64,000 nucleotides of DNA, taken from positions 9,486,001 to 9,550,000 of the forward strand of contig CM059432.1 of the NCBI GenBank assembly GCA_030390025.1. The letters are read 5' to 3'. This stretch comes from Squalus acanthias (Eukaryota). Under the pieces are notes generated by a model. The model was given only the letters and a program-made list of their open reading frames with translations, was not told the DNA's origin and searched no databases. The translations under genes were made by a program, and so were the position numbers. This document shows positions 37,235 to 50,645 of the stretch, in pieces (within the stretch, counting starts at the first letter, position 1; the number at the start of each line of letters is the position of its first letter).

Positions 37235-37522
37235 ATGTGTGGGTTAGGTTGATTTGGCTATGATAAATTGACCCTTACTGTTAGGGGGGATTAAATATGT
37301 GGGGTTATGGGGATAGGATGGGATATGTTAGGGGGAATTGGATACGTGGGGTTGCGGGGGTGGGGTGGGATGTGTGTACTGTGGGGATTAAAGCAGGGAC
37401 AGGGTACTGGATTTGGATGATCAGCCATGATCGTATTGAATGGCGGAGCAGGCTCGACGGGCCGAATGGCCTACTCCTGCTCCTAGATTCTATGTTTCTA
37501 TGTTTCTATGTTTCTATGTTTC
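37235..37522 (+). mobile_element. SINE/CR1 3' fragment (HE1-like) with a (TTTCTATG)n tail
   Basis: GTGGGTTAGGTTGATTTGGCTATGATAAATTG resembles the shark HE1 SINE body (from recall), followed by a CR1 3' stem-loop. Confidence 0.5.
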
Positions 37523-37789
37523 TTTAAATATGCTGATCGAGACCTGACTGCGAGTTTAGACAGAGACCTGAGCAGGGGAACAGTGAGGGCTTCCCACATC
37601 AGGTCAAACCTGCCGTGAGGCAGACCATGGACCAGGAGAGGCCTGGGTTTTCTTTCTAAGGTAAGCCTGTTGCTGCTCCTGCCATACATTGCTTGCTCTG
37701 CATCGACCCAGGATTGGACTCACGGCTTGATAATCACAGAGCCAGGGTTGCGCTGGTCCATTAGATTATTGATTGCGGTTGTATTCTCT

Positions 37790-38003
37790 ATGGAATTCTC
37801 TTCCCCAGAGGGCTGTGGAGGCTCAGTCGTTGAGTATTTACAAGACTGAGATCGATAGATTTTTGGACTCTAGGGGCATCAAGGGATATGGGGATCGGGC
37901 GGGAAAGTGGAGTTGAGGTTGAAGATCAGCCATGATCTTATTGAATGGCGGAGCAGGCTCGAGGGGCCATAGGGCCTACTCCTGCTCCTATTTCTTATGT
38001 TCT
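37790..38003 (+). mobile_element. CR1 3' end fragment
   Basis: Matches the 1560-2573 and 62978-63332 family. Confidence 0.82.
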
Positions 38004-38699
38004 TCTAAATCTATTGTTGCTGACAGCCTATAGCGCCTCATGGATGCCCCGTTTTAGGAAATTGGATCTGTCATTAGGCTCTCCTCCGTGGCACAGCAGT
38101 AATCTTCCACTTCTCCCAATTGCTTTCTGTTTCCTATTTTGAAGTATTTCATATCCAGCTCTTTGATTTACCCTCGCATTTTTGTGGCTTTTTAGTTTCT
38201 ACGTCTTTTATATGGAACGATTTTATATGAAAATCTAGCTGAAAAACGAAACTAACCTGTGTCAATGGGCGTTCCAGTGTCTACTTTATCTGTAACATCC
38301 AGCAAGATCTTCTCTTTCAAAATCCACTCTGAGGGTTATTGTTGTTGAAGAGCTCCGTAGTCTGGCACTCAGGTAACTGTTAGCTTACCTGTTGCTGATG
38401 CTTTTGATGTGGTTGCCAAGGTGAGCTTCTGACTCTTTATAAATATCGGTACTACCTTTATGTGCTTCCAGATCCACTGAACCACACGAGTGCACACTGA
38501 TCCTTCCTTGACGACAGCCAGTGAACAATATATTTCCCTCCCTGGTGTCCTGCAGCACGTTTACATTTATATATATAAATATAAAATCATAATCTGATCT
38601 GGAGGATTTGTACCTCCCCCGAGATATTAATACCTTCATCATGCTGACGTTGAAATCCTCGAGGATACCGTTCTCCACTGAAGATAACAAGGTAGCATC

Positions 38700-39400
38700 A
38701 TCATAGAATCATAGAATGATACAGCACAGAAGGAGGCCATTCCGCCCATCGTGCCTGTGCCGGCTCTTTGAAAGAGTTCTCCAATTAGTCCCACTCCCCC
38801 TGCTCTTTATACATAGCCCTGCAAATGTTTTCTTTACAAGTATTTATCCAATTCCCCTTTTGAAAGTTACTATTGAATCTGCTTCCACCGCCCTTTCAGG
38901 CAGCGCGTTCCAGATCACAACAACTCACTACGTAAAATAAATTCTCCTCATCTCCTCTCTGATTCTTTTGCCAATTACCTTAAGTCTGTGTCCTCTGGTT
39001 ATCTACTCTCCTGCCAGTGGTAACGGTTTCTCCTTATTTACTCTATCAAAACCCCTCAATTTTGAACACCTCTTTTAAATCTCCCCTTAACCTTCTCTGC
39101 TCTAAGGAGGGCGATCCCAGCTTCTCCAGTCTCTCCACGTAACTGAAGACCCTCATCCCTGGTACCATTCTAGTAAATCTCCTCTGCACCCTCTCCAAGG
39201 CCTTGGCGTCCTTCCTAAAGTGTGGTGTCTAGAATTGGACACAATACTCCAATCTTTCTAAATGGTGAAAAGCTAAAAAAGTGGAGGTCCAATGAGACTT
39301 GGGGTCCAGGTACCCAGATCATTAAAATGTCATGAACAGGTACAGAAAATAATCAAAAAGGCTAATGGAATGCTAGTCTATATATCTAGAGGACTAGAAT
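38700..39400 (-). mobile_element. CR1 LINE 3' fragment with a short inverted 5' piece (39255-39400, +)
   Basis: Reverse complement of the 12657-13045 family. The adjoining plus-strand piece is upstream RT sequence (GACTTGGGGTCC...GGCTAATGGAATG). Confidence 0.75.
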
Positions 39401-39589
39401 AACCTCCCACCGCCACCCCCACCCCCACCTCTAACTCATTGTCTAGAGGAATTAATATCACAAAATTGGAAGTGAAATCACCTGAATGGAATTGTCATAT
39501 CTTCCACCAAATCTCGGTGATACGTTTGCTGGCCTTCAGTGCCAGTGTGAAATAGGGGAATTTTTGCCTTGGTCAACATGAAACTTGAG

Positions 39590-40433
39590 GGGCTGGATTT
39601 TCAATGACCCGTGGAGTCGGGTTTGGAGGCGTGTGGGGGGTTAAAGTTGCAGATTTGGGGGTCCCGACCCCATCCCGCCTCCAACCCGCCTCCATGCCAG
39701 TTTCGCTGGTGGCGGGTACCCGACCTGTGCTGAGACCCGACTCCCCGAGGCGGGAAGGGATTAGTGACAATTAACTGCCTGTTAACAGGTAGTTAACAGG
39801 CAGTTTTTTGGATAATCCCTATTTTGACAGGTGAAATGTGGGCTTCCCGACAGGTGGCAACCACGCCAAGTTATCGGGGCGGACCGTGGGTCTGCAGGGG
39901 TTGGAGGGGTCGATATGTCCGGTGGGCAGGTGAGTGATGGGTGCATGTGTGCAGAGGTAAGTGTGTAAGGTAAGTGCTAAGTGTGGGAAAAAGTTTTACT
40001 TACCTTAACTTCCTCCTGCAGGTGTCAGCCCTTCAGTTCTCAGGAGTCAGAAATCTCACCGGCACAGAAAGCAGGAAAGCCGTGGTTCTGTGAAAAACTG
40101 CAGCCTTCTGTTTTCTGTGGTGGAATGATTTCTAACTCAGCCTGAGAGGAAGGACTGAAGTTAGAAATCATATTGTCAGTGTTTGACAGCTTCACAGAGC
40201 TGTCAAACGCTGATATTTCATCTGTCAAAAGCTCTTGACAGATGAAATGTCAGTCTGTGACGTCACCTGTTGCCGGGTGGCCCTTCATTGGCCTGCTGAG
40301 CCCACTGGGCGGGCTCAACAAGGTCAATCAAGGGAAAATACAGTGGGTTGGCCACATCTCGATGGAGGCGGGTTCACAAGCCAGAATGTGTGATTCACGA
40401 CCCCAACCCGACCCCAGATTCAAAATCCAGCCC
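39590..40433. mobile_element. Harbinger-type MITE, 844 bp
   Basis: Perfect 12-bp TIRs GGGCTGGATTTT/AAAATCCAGCCC and perfect 3-bp TSD GAG. Shares internal blocks (CCTGTTAACAGG; GGGCGGGCTYAACAAGGTCAATCA) with 14370-15244. Confidence 0.88.
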
Positions 40434-41349
40434 GAGGACTCAATTTGCCCTTGTTTGTATTGAATTCTGTGAAAAATCACATTGATAGTGGAGAACCAGG
40501 TCAGGAAACCTCAGACAGGGAGTTGGACAATCCACAATTCACGATCTTTGAGTAGGGCGTTTGCCTGCTTGGATCCTGTTAGAGAAAGCACTTTTGGTGG
40601 CAGGAAATTCTATCCTTCTTTTTAGAAACAAACTTGGAAAATGATTTGCAGTAAATGATGTTCGATGAATCTTTGCTACCTTTAAGGAACTCGTTCCCAA
40701 TGTGACTATCCAAGAAACTGTGGCCTAGGAATTCAATGGCGCCATCAAATATCAGACCATGAAATCATCAGGTTCAAGCTCGCCACAAAATTCTTCAACA
40801 ACTTTCCTTTCGCTATTTCTATCCGTACTAAACCTATAACTAATTTTAACAGACTAACCAGAAGAAAATTATCAAATATTTTCATCATTATTTACACCTT
40901 CACGGTCCACAAGGCTGATGCCAAACCATTGAAATTAGGAACAAATTTTATAATGAAGCTACTGACTCGCATAATTCATTTACCTTTCCCAGCGAACATT
41001 TTCTCTAATTTCTAGAGATAATGAAAGCTACTCTTGATCACAAATCGGTAAAACAAATGATCAAAGCAGGTAGAGGCTAATCTTTATTCTCTACATTGTA
41101 TCAAAGCTCATAAAACAAGTCACACATGATCAAGCTTATGAATATTCGCAAATCTATGAATAGCAAGAAATTACTTGCTGCCTTCCATCAGGAAGAGATG
41201 TAAATTTTATAGTTACTCCATAATGTAACTATAAAAATAATTATCTGTATATTAACTAGACACTGCACCAATTTTGTAGAATGCTCACAATTTTTTTTAA
41301 TACAGAATAGCTCTGCAATTTATTTTGCATTTCCTGCTTCTATTTCCAT

Positions 41350-41770
41350 GTGGTGGCTCAGTGGGCAGCACCCTCGCCTCAGAGTCAGAAGGTTGTGGGT
41401 TCAAGTCCCACTCCAGAGACTTGAGCACGAAAATCTAGGCTGACACTCCCAGTGCAGTGCTGAGGGAGTGCTGCACTGTCGGAGGAGCCGTCTTTCAGAT
41501 CTAGGTGTTAAACCGATGCCCCCGTCTGCTCTCTCAGGTGAACGTAAAAGAGCAGGGGAGTTATCCCCAGTGTCCTGGCCAATATTTATCCCTCAATCAA
41601 CATCACTAAAAACAGATTATCACTTTGCTGTTTATGGGAGCTTGCTGTGCGCAAATTGGCTGCCACGTTTCCCACATTACAACAGTGACTACACTTCATT
41701 GGCTGTAAAGCGCTTTCAGACATCCTGAGGTCATGAAAGGTGCTATATAAATGCAAGTCTTTCTTTTTTC
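41350..41770 (+). mobile_element. SacSINE1-like SINE
   Basis: Similar to 3239-3690, with the L2-type tail GCTATATAAATGCAAGTCTTTC. Confidence 0.82.
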
Positions 41771-42062
41771 TTTTATTTTATAGTTACTCCATAATGTAAC
41801 TATAAAATAAATTAACTGTATATTATCTAACCACTGCATCATTTTTGTAGAATGCTAAAATAACAATTTATACAGAATACCTCTGCATTTCCTGCTTTTC
41901 TTTCCAACTATTGATAATGTAAGAACACATCATCTGTGAGAATGGTGATTAAAAACCTCTGCCTACCCATAGTGCAAAGTAAAAAGTGCAGAGAACATCT
42001 TAAAACTATGCACATTAGCTCGAATGTCATTTTTTTCAGTCAAGTTTGTAATCGGGAATGAT

Positions 42063-44662
42063 GGCCGCGATTTCGTCAGCCGTGACGAGTCCGGTGTGTC
42101 CAGAGCAGACAGCGGCCTCAAACTCCGCTCCCGTCTTCATCCCGCCTCCTCCAAGTGATTTTCCCCTGATTGGGCTTGTTAGAAACATAGAAACATAGAA
42201 AAATAGGAGCAGGAGTAGGCCATTCGGCCCTTCGAGCCTGCTCCACCATTCAATATGATCATGGCTGATCCTCTATCTCACTACCATATTCCCGCTCTCT
42301 CCCCATACCCCTTCATGCCTTTTGTGTCTAGAAATCTATCTATCTCCTTCTTAAATATATTCAGTGACTTGGTCTCCACAGCCTTCTGTGGTAGAGAATT
42401 CCACAGGTTCACCACCCTCTGAGCGAAGAAATTTCTCCTCATCTCAGTCCTAAATGTCCTACCCCGTATCCTGAGACTGTGACCCCTCGTTCTAGACCCC
42501 CCCAGCCAGGGGAAACATCCTCCCTGCATCCAGTCTGTCTAGCCCTGTCAGAATTTTATACGTTTCAATGAGATCCCCTCTCATTCTTCTAAACTCTAGT
42601 GAATACAGGCCTCGTCGACTCAATCTCTTCTCATACGACAGTCATGCCATCCCAGGAATCAGTCTGGTGAACCTTTGCTGCACTCCCTCTATGGCAAGTA
42701 CATCCTTTCGTAGGTAAGGAGATCAAAACTGCACACAGTACTCCAGGTGTGGTCTCACCAAGGCCCTATATAACTGTAGTAAGACATCCTTGCTCCTGTA
42801 CTCAAATCCTCTTGCAATGAAGGCCAACATACCATTTGCCTTCCTAACTGCTTGCTGCACCTGCATGTTTGCTTTCAGTGACTGGTGTACAAGGACACCC
42901 AGGTCTCTTTGTACATCAACATTTCCCAATCTACCACCACTTAAATAATACTCTACCTTTTTGTTTTTCCTACCGAAGTGCACATGGTGTTAAGCCCGCC
43001 CTGCAAGGTTCCCAGCCAATTAAAAGAAAGCGGGCCTGATGACGTCATCTGATGACACGTCATCAGCCGGTTTCCTTAAAGGGACCAGGTCCACATTGAT
43101 TTTGACAGTTCTGTTGTCAGTGTTCTACAGCATTGAGGTGCTGCAAACACTGACAATCACTGCACAAAGGTGCACGGCTGCACCCAGGCTCTCCCATGAC
43201 TCCCCCCATATGGAGGGAGTCACAGCACGCAGGGAGGTTCTCTTCCCTTCCAATGGGCGGTAGAGACCTCCCCAGGAGATCAACGCAGCCTGGTTGCACA
43301 TTGCACAGGAGGGCACAAGCAGGGATGTCGTCAGGAGGACCAGGCTGCAGTGGCGCAAAATTTTCAATGAGTACAGTAGATCACAAAATGTTACTGCAAA
43401 GCCACACTCAACCTCATCCTCCTGTGCCACTCATCACATCCCCATCACTCTGCCTTCCCTACCCTACTCCTGCATATCCTTACTCACACCAAATTACCTT
43501 GCACCTCCAACCATCCCTCTCTATCTATATTATCACTTCCCCATCTCACTAGCCCTCACACTCACCCTCATCCTAGTCCAATCATACCAACTAACAACAC
43601 ACAAGGGTAGGCACTTATGTGTTTTAGCCAATGTTCGTGTAAATTTTCTGTTAATGTGTTGTCAAGAATTGAAATCTTTATTGTCATCACTTTGCCTTCT
43701 TGGAGAGATTTGTGTGCACCTTTGGAAGTGGCTTAGTGAGTTCTAGTGAATGGTGAGACATAACATCCCCCCGCTCCCCCACAATGGTGATGAGTGTGAA
43801 AGGAATGGCTTGGATATTGTAGGGATGCTTTATAGTGCTGGTGTGGGGTGGTGCCAACCTGGTGCGTCATGTGGCAGCCAGGGTGTACAGTGTTAAGTGA
43901 AGCAAATCTGGCCATGGTGAGGCCATCCCTGGCCTCCCGGGCAGCAATGTGCATGGGTGATGATGCCCTGTGTCCAGTGCAGCATCAGTTGATTGCGGAG
44001 AAGGTTGGTGTGGATGTTAGTGCTGCTGGTGTGTCTGGTGATGTTGGTGTTGGGGCTGATCGTGTTGGGATTCTGAGGACCAAGGTAGGTGAGATTTTTT
44101 CAAGGGCACCGATGCTGATGGAATAGATGGCAGGTGAGGTTGAGATGACAGAAGTAATCTGTCAATGTTGAGATAGGTTGTTCCAAGGAGGTGACACCAG
44201 ATAGAGAGATTACTCCAAACACTTCAAAAGTGCATAAAGCTCAAAAGTGGGTTCCAAATCATTAATGCTCCAACTTCTAAGATTGGGAAGTGACCAGTTG
44301 TGAAATGGTAGGTTTTAGACCACTTTTGCAGCTTTCACCTATTCACAGCAATCCACAGTCATTGAGAACCCGACATACTTACCTGACGTGATAGCCGCTC
44401 TCCGGGAACCTCGTTAAAAACCTGGTAAAATGTTAAGTACATGGGAAATGGTTCTTAACTACCTTTTAATGAGCTTCTAACTATCTAGATTGGCTGACCC
44501 GCCGCTTGGTGTCGGGTCTGTTCAGGGATGGCAGACCCGACACTTGGGAAACTGACAAGGAGGCGGGTTTACAGCGGGATATCGACCTGCTGTCAATTTT
44601 TGTGATTTTGACAGCGGACCCGCCTCCAAACCCGCACTCTGAGCGCCGGTAAAATTCCGGCC
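42063..44662. mobile_element. Degenerate Harbinger element (second family) interrupted by a CR1 at about 42181-42985
   Basis: Ends GGCCGCGATTT and AAAATTCCGGCC; flanks GAT/GAC. Decayed Myb exon on + (APRLSHDS...RREVLFPSNGR; RRTRLQWRKIFN, about 43170-43375). Transposase C-terminal remnant on - (AAREARDGLTMARF, about 43900-43950). Same convergent layout as 22560-26671. Confidence 0.8.
42181..42985 (-). mobile_element. 5'-truncated CR1 LINE nested in a Harbinger remnant
   Basis: HFGRKN...LVRPHLEYCVQF; (AGAAACAT)n tail. Confidence 0.92.
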
Positions 44663-45654
44663 GACGTCTTCCATCAGGAAGAGATGTACGAAGCGACATT
44701 ACTTCGTCGCAAGAAAGCCTTCGATATGAAATAACCAATTTGGAACAATGCGGTCTCTCCGTGACAGCTCTATGTTGGCCCGGTAATTACCTTCACGACA
44801 AAAAGCCAGAAAGTTGTCATGGGGAAAGTTGGGAATCAGACTCGTGCGCTGTGTCTTTGGGTATCCCCGGGGTTCCGCGCTGAGCCCTTTGTGATTATGG
44901 GTTTTGCATCAATGGCCTTCTTGAAGTTGTTTTTCAGCCTGTTATTCCAGATTGGCTCCCCTTGAATCACTAAAGAAAACCTGCACAATTAATCCAGGCG
45001 AGCAGTGTATTCCTGCGGACTCACACCGTCTGCATCAGCGCTGACAAAATGCCGTGCTCTATTGATTGTTCTTACACCTTTGCTAATTCCGATACACGCC
45101 AGCACAACTTGATAATGGACTCAAGCCTGAACTCATTTCAGTTACAATCTCTGTATCCCTGTGCCACCTATTACGTCCATATCTGATGGAGCACGTGCAT
45201 GTTTCCCAATAACCTTCCACTCTGTGGCTGTTTATAGATGCATATGAAACAGAAACGTTATTACAAATGTGTGTGCACCATGCAAAAAATAGATTCCCAT
45301 CACCTCACTGGGAGCACACACTATAATTGGGGTAACTCAACTCAATCTGTCCAGATGCATTTAAAATACCGAGACTGGATTGTACCTTTGGGTCTTAAAT
45401 ACCAACGGCATTTATATTCTCCTGAATTCCTAGCCCCACAGCTCAGTGAATTTGTTATTTCCCCCTGATAGCTCTGCACTTTAGGTGATCCATACCTAAG
45501 AAATTTGGGTAGGCTCCCTGTTGATTATATTTGCTAGATTACAAAGCTTTAAGAGACACAGGGTTGCTTAACAAACTATAACTGCAGCCCTCCAAGATCT
45601 TTACGCATCTGCGTTTTTCAGCGCTCCACAATTGGCGGCCATTCCATCCGCTGT

Positions 45655-46345
45655 CTACAACAACAACTTGCACATTTACATAGCACCTTTTAACACAGTA
45701 AAACATCCCAAGGTGCTTCACAGGAGCGATTATCAAACAAACTTTGACACTGAGCCACATAAGGAGATATTAAGACAGGAAGCTTGCTCAAAGAGGGAGG
45801 TTTTAAGCAGCCTCTTAAAGGAGGAGAGAGAGGCAGAGAGGCGGAGAGATTTCGGGAAGGAATTCCAGAGCTTAAGGCCGAGGCAGCTGAAGGCACGGCC
45901 ACCAATGGTGGAGCGATTAAAATCGGAGACGCTCAAGAGGCAGAGAATTAGAGCAGCGCAGATATCTAGGAGGGTTGCAGGGTGGGAGGAGATTACAGAG
46001 ATAGGAAGGGGCGAGGGCCACGGAGGGATTTGAAAACAAGGATGAGAATTTTAAAATCGAGGCGTTGCCAGACTGGGAGCCAGTGTAGGTCAGCGAGCAC
46101 AGGGGTGATGGGTGAACGGGCCTTGGTGCGAGTTGGGATATGAGCAGCAAAGTCTAGGCCCTAAGCTCTCTCCATCTTTAAGATGCTCCTTGAAAACCTA
46201 CCTCTTTGACCAAGCTTCTGCTCACCTATCTTAATATCTCTTATGTGGCTCGGTGTCAAATTTTGTTTGATAATCGCTCCTGTGATGCGCCTGGGGACGT
46301 TTTACTACGTTAAAGGCGCTGTATAAAGGCAAGTTGTTGTTGTTA
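45655..46345. mobile_element. Two L2 3' fragments in opposite orientation (45655-46150 on -, about 46155-46345 on +)
   Basis: L2 motifs, with (CAA)n and (TTG)n tails at the two outer ends. Confidence 0.82.
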
Positions 46346-46589
46346 TTGTTATAGTCTTTTTATTAATTGCTGTTGTAATGCTTCTCCCTTTAAAAGCAGG
46401 CTATAAAAGCCCAAGGAAGTCATTCTGTTTAAATATTCACAATAAATACCTTCTGTGATCATTAGCACAATCATTGTGAGTTTTATAAGGTTCTTAATTA
46501 AACGGCCTAATCAACGGGATGTTTCAGCATCAGCCTCTTCGGTGTATGGCAAAAGCAACAGCCACATTGTAAATAAGGCCTCTCCCTGG

Positions 46590-49075
46590 CCGCTGTCTCA
46601 GTCTGAACCAGACTGCTCCCAACCTTAGCATCCGATATGACCCTGAGCGGTGCTTCTAATTCCATATTCTCTCCATCACAAACACGCCTACCGCCGCCTC
46701 CATAGCATGGTCCGTCTCCGCCCCTGTGTCAGACCATCTGCTGCTGAAACTCTCATCCATGCCTTGGTCACCTTCAGATTCGACTATTTTGATGCTCTTC
46801 TGCCAGCCTGCCATCCTCGAATCTTCACAAATTTAAGCTCATCCTAAACTCTGCTGCTCATATACTTTAGCACACCAAGTCCAGATCACTTATCAACCCC
46901 TGCGCTTACAGACCTGCAATTGCTTCAATTTCCCAACGCTCCACCACCCCACCCCCCCACTGCTACCATCCTCACTGCCCCCTCCCCACCACCCCTCCCC
47001 ACCCCCTCCCCACCACCTCCTCCCCACCACCCCTCCCCACCCCTCCCCACCCCTCCCCACCACCCCTCCCCACCCCCTCCCCACCCCCTCCCCACCAACC
47101 CCTCCCCACAACCCCCTCCCCACCCGCTCCCCACCACCCCCTCCCCATCACCCCCTCCCCACCCCCCCTCCCCACCCCCTCCCCACCACCCCTCCCCACC
47201 CCCTCCCCACCACCCCCTCCCCACCACCCATCCCCACCCCCTCCCCACCACCCCTCCCCACCACCCCTCCCCACCCCCTGCCCACCACCCCTCCCCATCA
47301 CCCCTCCCCACCACCCCTCCCCACCACCCCCTCCCCACCACCCCTCCCCACCACCCCTCCCCATCACCCCTCCCCACCACCCCCTCCCCGCCCCCTCCCC
47401 ACCACCCCCTCCCCACCACCAACCCCTCCCCACCACCCCTCCCCATCACCCCTCCCCATCACCCCCTCCCCACCACCCCCTCCCCACCACCAACCCCTCC
47501 CCATCACCCCTCCCCATCACCCCCTCCCCACCACCCCTCCCCACCACCCCCTCCCCATCACCCCTCCCCACCACCCCCTCCCCGCCCCCTCCCCACCACC
47601 CCCTCCCCATCACCCCCTCCCCACCACCCCTCCCCACCACCCCCTCCCCACCACCCCTCCCCACCACCTCCTCCCCACCACCCCCTCCCCTCCCCCCCTC
47701 CCCACCCCCTCCCCTCCCCCCCTCCCCACCCCCTCCCCACCACCCCCTCCCCATCACCCCCTCCCCATCACCCCTCCCCATCACCCCTCCCCACCACCCC
47801 CTCCCCATCACCCCCTCCCCATCACCCCCTCCCCATCACCCCTCCCCATCACCCCTCCCCACCACCACCCCCTCCCCATCACCCCCTCCCCACCACCAAC
47901 CCCTCCCCATCACCCCTCCCCACCAACCCCTCACTGCCACCCCCCTCCCACCCCCTCCACGCCACCCCCCGCCCCCCTCCCCACCACCCCTCCCCATCAC
48001 CCCCTCCCCACCAACCCCTCCCCACCAACCCCTCCCCATCACCCCTCCCCATCACCCCTCCCCACCACCACCCCCTCCCCACCACCCCTCCCCATCACCC
48101 CTCCCCACCACCACCCCCTCCCCACCACCCCTCCCCATCACCCCTCCCCACCACCAACCCCTCCCCATCACCCCTCCCCACCAACCCCTCACTGCCACCC
48201 CCCTCCCCACCCCCTCCACGCCACCCCCCCGCCCCCTCCCCACCACCCCCTCCCCACCCCCCCTCCCCACCACCCCCTCCCCGCCCCCCCTCCCCACCCC
48301 CTCCACGCCACCCCCCCGCCCCCTCCCCGCCACCCCCCCCTCCCCACCACCCCCTCCCAGCCCCCTCCCCACCACCCCCTCCCCACCACCCCCTCCCCAC
48401 CACCCCCTCCCCGCCCCCTCCCCACCACCCCCTCCCCACCACCCCCTCCCCACCACCCCCTCCCCACCACCAACCCCTCCCCACCACCCCTCCCCACCAC
48501 CCCCTCCCCACCACCCCCTCCCCACCACCCCCTCCCCACCACCCCCTCCCCCGCCCCCTCCCCACCACCCCCTCCCCACCACCCCCTCCCCACCACCCCC
48601 TCCCCACCACCAACCCCTCCCCACCAACCCCTCCCCACCACCCCCTCCCCACCACCCCCTCCCCACCACCCCCTCACTGCCACCCCCTCACCACCACCCC
48701 CTCCACCGCCAAATTAAAAATCTCATCCTTGTTTTTAAATCCCTCCATGGCCTCACCTCTCTATTTCATAACCTTCTCCAGCCCTACAACCTCAGAGGAC
48801 TCTGTAGTCCTCCAACTCGGCCTGTTGCGCACCCCTCACTCCCTTCGCCCCACCATTGGTGGCCAGGGCCCTCAGCTGCCTCAGCCCACAGCTCTGGAAT
48901 TCCCTCCCTAAACCTTTGTCTTTCCGCCACTCTCTCCTTCTTTAAAGACCCTCCTTAAAACCACCTCTTTGATCAGGCTTGTGGCCGTCCCTCCTCGTAT
49001 CTCCTTCTTTGGCTTGATGTTGATTTCTGTCTGATTATGCTTCTGTGAAACTTCTACATTAAAGGTGACGTATAA
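46590..49075 (+). mobile_element. Diverged L2 fragment split by the C-rich array
   Basis: AETLIHALVTFRFDY before the array; AAAATCTCATCCTTGTTTTTAAATCCCTCCATGG resumes after it. Confidence 0.75.
46940..48710. repeat. C-rich low-complexity array, approximately (CCCCTCCCCACCA)n
   Basis: Directly visible; splits an L2 fragment. Confidence 0.97.
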
Positions 49076-49221
49076 ATAGCACTACTGGCTGGGGTTTTTT
49101 AAATAAGGTTTTTTGCAGGAGGGATGAGGGAGCAAATATTTTAAGATAAACCTTTCAGCGCAAGGAAGACAAGATCAGTGTCAGATTTGAATCCCACAGC
49201 CTAGATTTACAGGTCTTATGA

Positions 49222-49822
49222 ACTTGCCTCTGAGTGAGAAGGTTGTGGGTTCAAGTCCCAGTATGGACGTAAACCCATAATGGAGGCTGACATTTCAGAG
49301 CAGTACTGAGGGAGTGCTATATTGTCAGAGGTGCTGTCTTTTTTGGATGAGACATTAAACTGAGGCATGTCTGCCTGCTTCGGTGGACATTAAAACCAAC
49401 CAATGGTACAGTTCGAAGAAGAGCAGGGAGTTCTCCCAGTGCTCTGGGCAAAATTTCTCCCTCAACCAACTCTGTCAGAAAACAGACTGAATGATCATTC
49501 ATTCATTTGCTGTTTGTGGGACCGTGCCAGGCAAAGAATTGGCTGCAACATTTGCCGACATTACAACAGCGACAACCAATTGATTAACTTGATGGCGGCG
49601 CACTGGCTACCGCTTGCCACCCCCTCCGCAACCCCCCCCACCCCGCCCCCGCCACCTTCTGATCGGGACCTCGACCCCCCTCCCACCGCCAAACACCCCC
49701 CACCACCGCCCCCCCCCCCCCCCCCACCACCAGCACACTCCCACCATTAATCAAATTAACCTATTGGTTGTAAAGCACTTTAGGAATTCCCGAGGACATG
49801 ATAAGGCACTATATAAATGCAG
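49222..49822 (+). mobile_element. Diverged SacSINE1-like SINE with a C-rich insertion
   Basis: Core motifs present; interrupted at about 49575-49760. Confidence 0.7.
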
Positions 49823-50139
49823 ATTATTTATTACTGATATCACTCAGTGCGATTTCAACAAGTAATTTCAATGAATTCCAAAATCATTTCCAGATATTTT
49901 GGCTACGTTTCAATTACAATCCCATAATAATTGTTCAAATATTTACCACTGAAAATAGTGCTCCTTCATATACTGGCATATACTGGTAACCAGAAGACAC
50001 AGATTTAAGATAACTGGCAAAAAGGGGGAACATGAGGTTAATATTTTTTTACACAGCGAGTTGTTGTGATCTGGAACGCGCTGCCTGAAACAGTGGTGGA
50101 AGCAGATTCAATAATAACTTTCAGAAGGGAATTGGATAA

Positions 50140-50645
50140 ATAATAACAACAACAACAACGTGTATTATATAGCGCCTTTAACGTAGTAAAACGTCCCAAG
50201 GCGCTGCACAGGAGTGTTATAAGACAAAAAATTTGACACTGAGCCACATAAGGAGAAATTAGGGCAGGTGACCAAAAGCTTGGTCAAAGAGGTAGGTTTT
50301 AAGGAGCGTCTTAAAGGAGGAAAGAGAGGTAGCGAGGCGGAGAGGTTTAGGCAGGGAATTCCAGAGCTCAGGGCCGAGGCAACAGAAGGCACGGCCACCA
50401 ATGGTTGAGCAATTATAATCAGAGATGCTCAAGAGGGCAGAATTAGAGGAGCGCAGATATCTCGGGGGGTTGTGGGGCTGGAGGAGATTACAGAGATAGG
50501 AAGGGGCGAGGCCATGGAGGGATTTGAAAACAAGGATGAGAATTTTGAAATCGAGGCGCTGCTTAACCGGGAGCCCATGTAGGTCAGCGAGCACAGGGGT
50601 GATGGGTGAACGGGACTTGGTGCGAGTTCGGACACGGGCAGCCGA
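50140..50645 (-). mobile_element. L2 3' fragment inserted into a + strand CR1 3' end (49985-50140, 50650-50792)
   Basis: PITPVLADLHGLPVKQRLDFKILILVFKSLHGLAPSYL...FKTLLKTYLF is open. Confidence 0.88.

Noticed and set aside
28888..37252. ORFs up to 1031 aa with RSPAPIARSDRPL or SERAIGAGDRSGR repeats
   Set aside because: The consensus 13-mer has no stop in any frame, so all frames are open. There is no unique domain or splice context.
38240..38690. Possible extra minus-strand exons (donor-like CAGGTTAG and CAGGTAAG; 101-aa ORF)
   Set aside because: There is no cadherin similarity, and the flanking exons already join in frame with no missing residues.
46893..48911. 663-aa Pro/His-rich extensin-like ORF and Gly-rich antisense ORFs
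   Set aside because: They come from the C-rich low-complexity array inside an L2 remnant.
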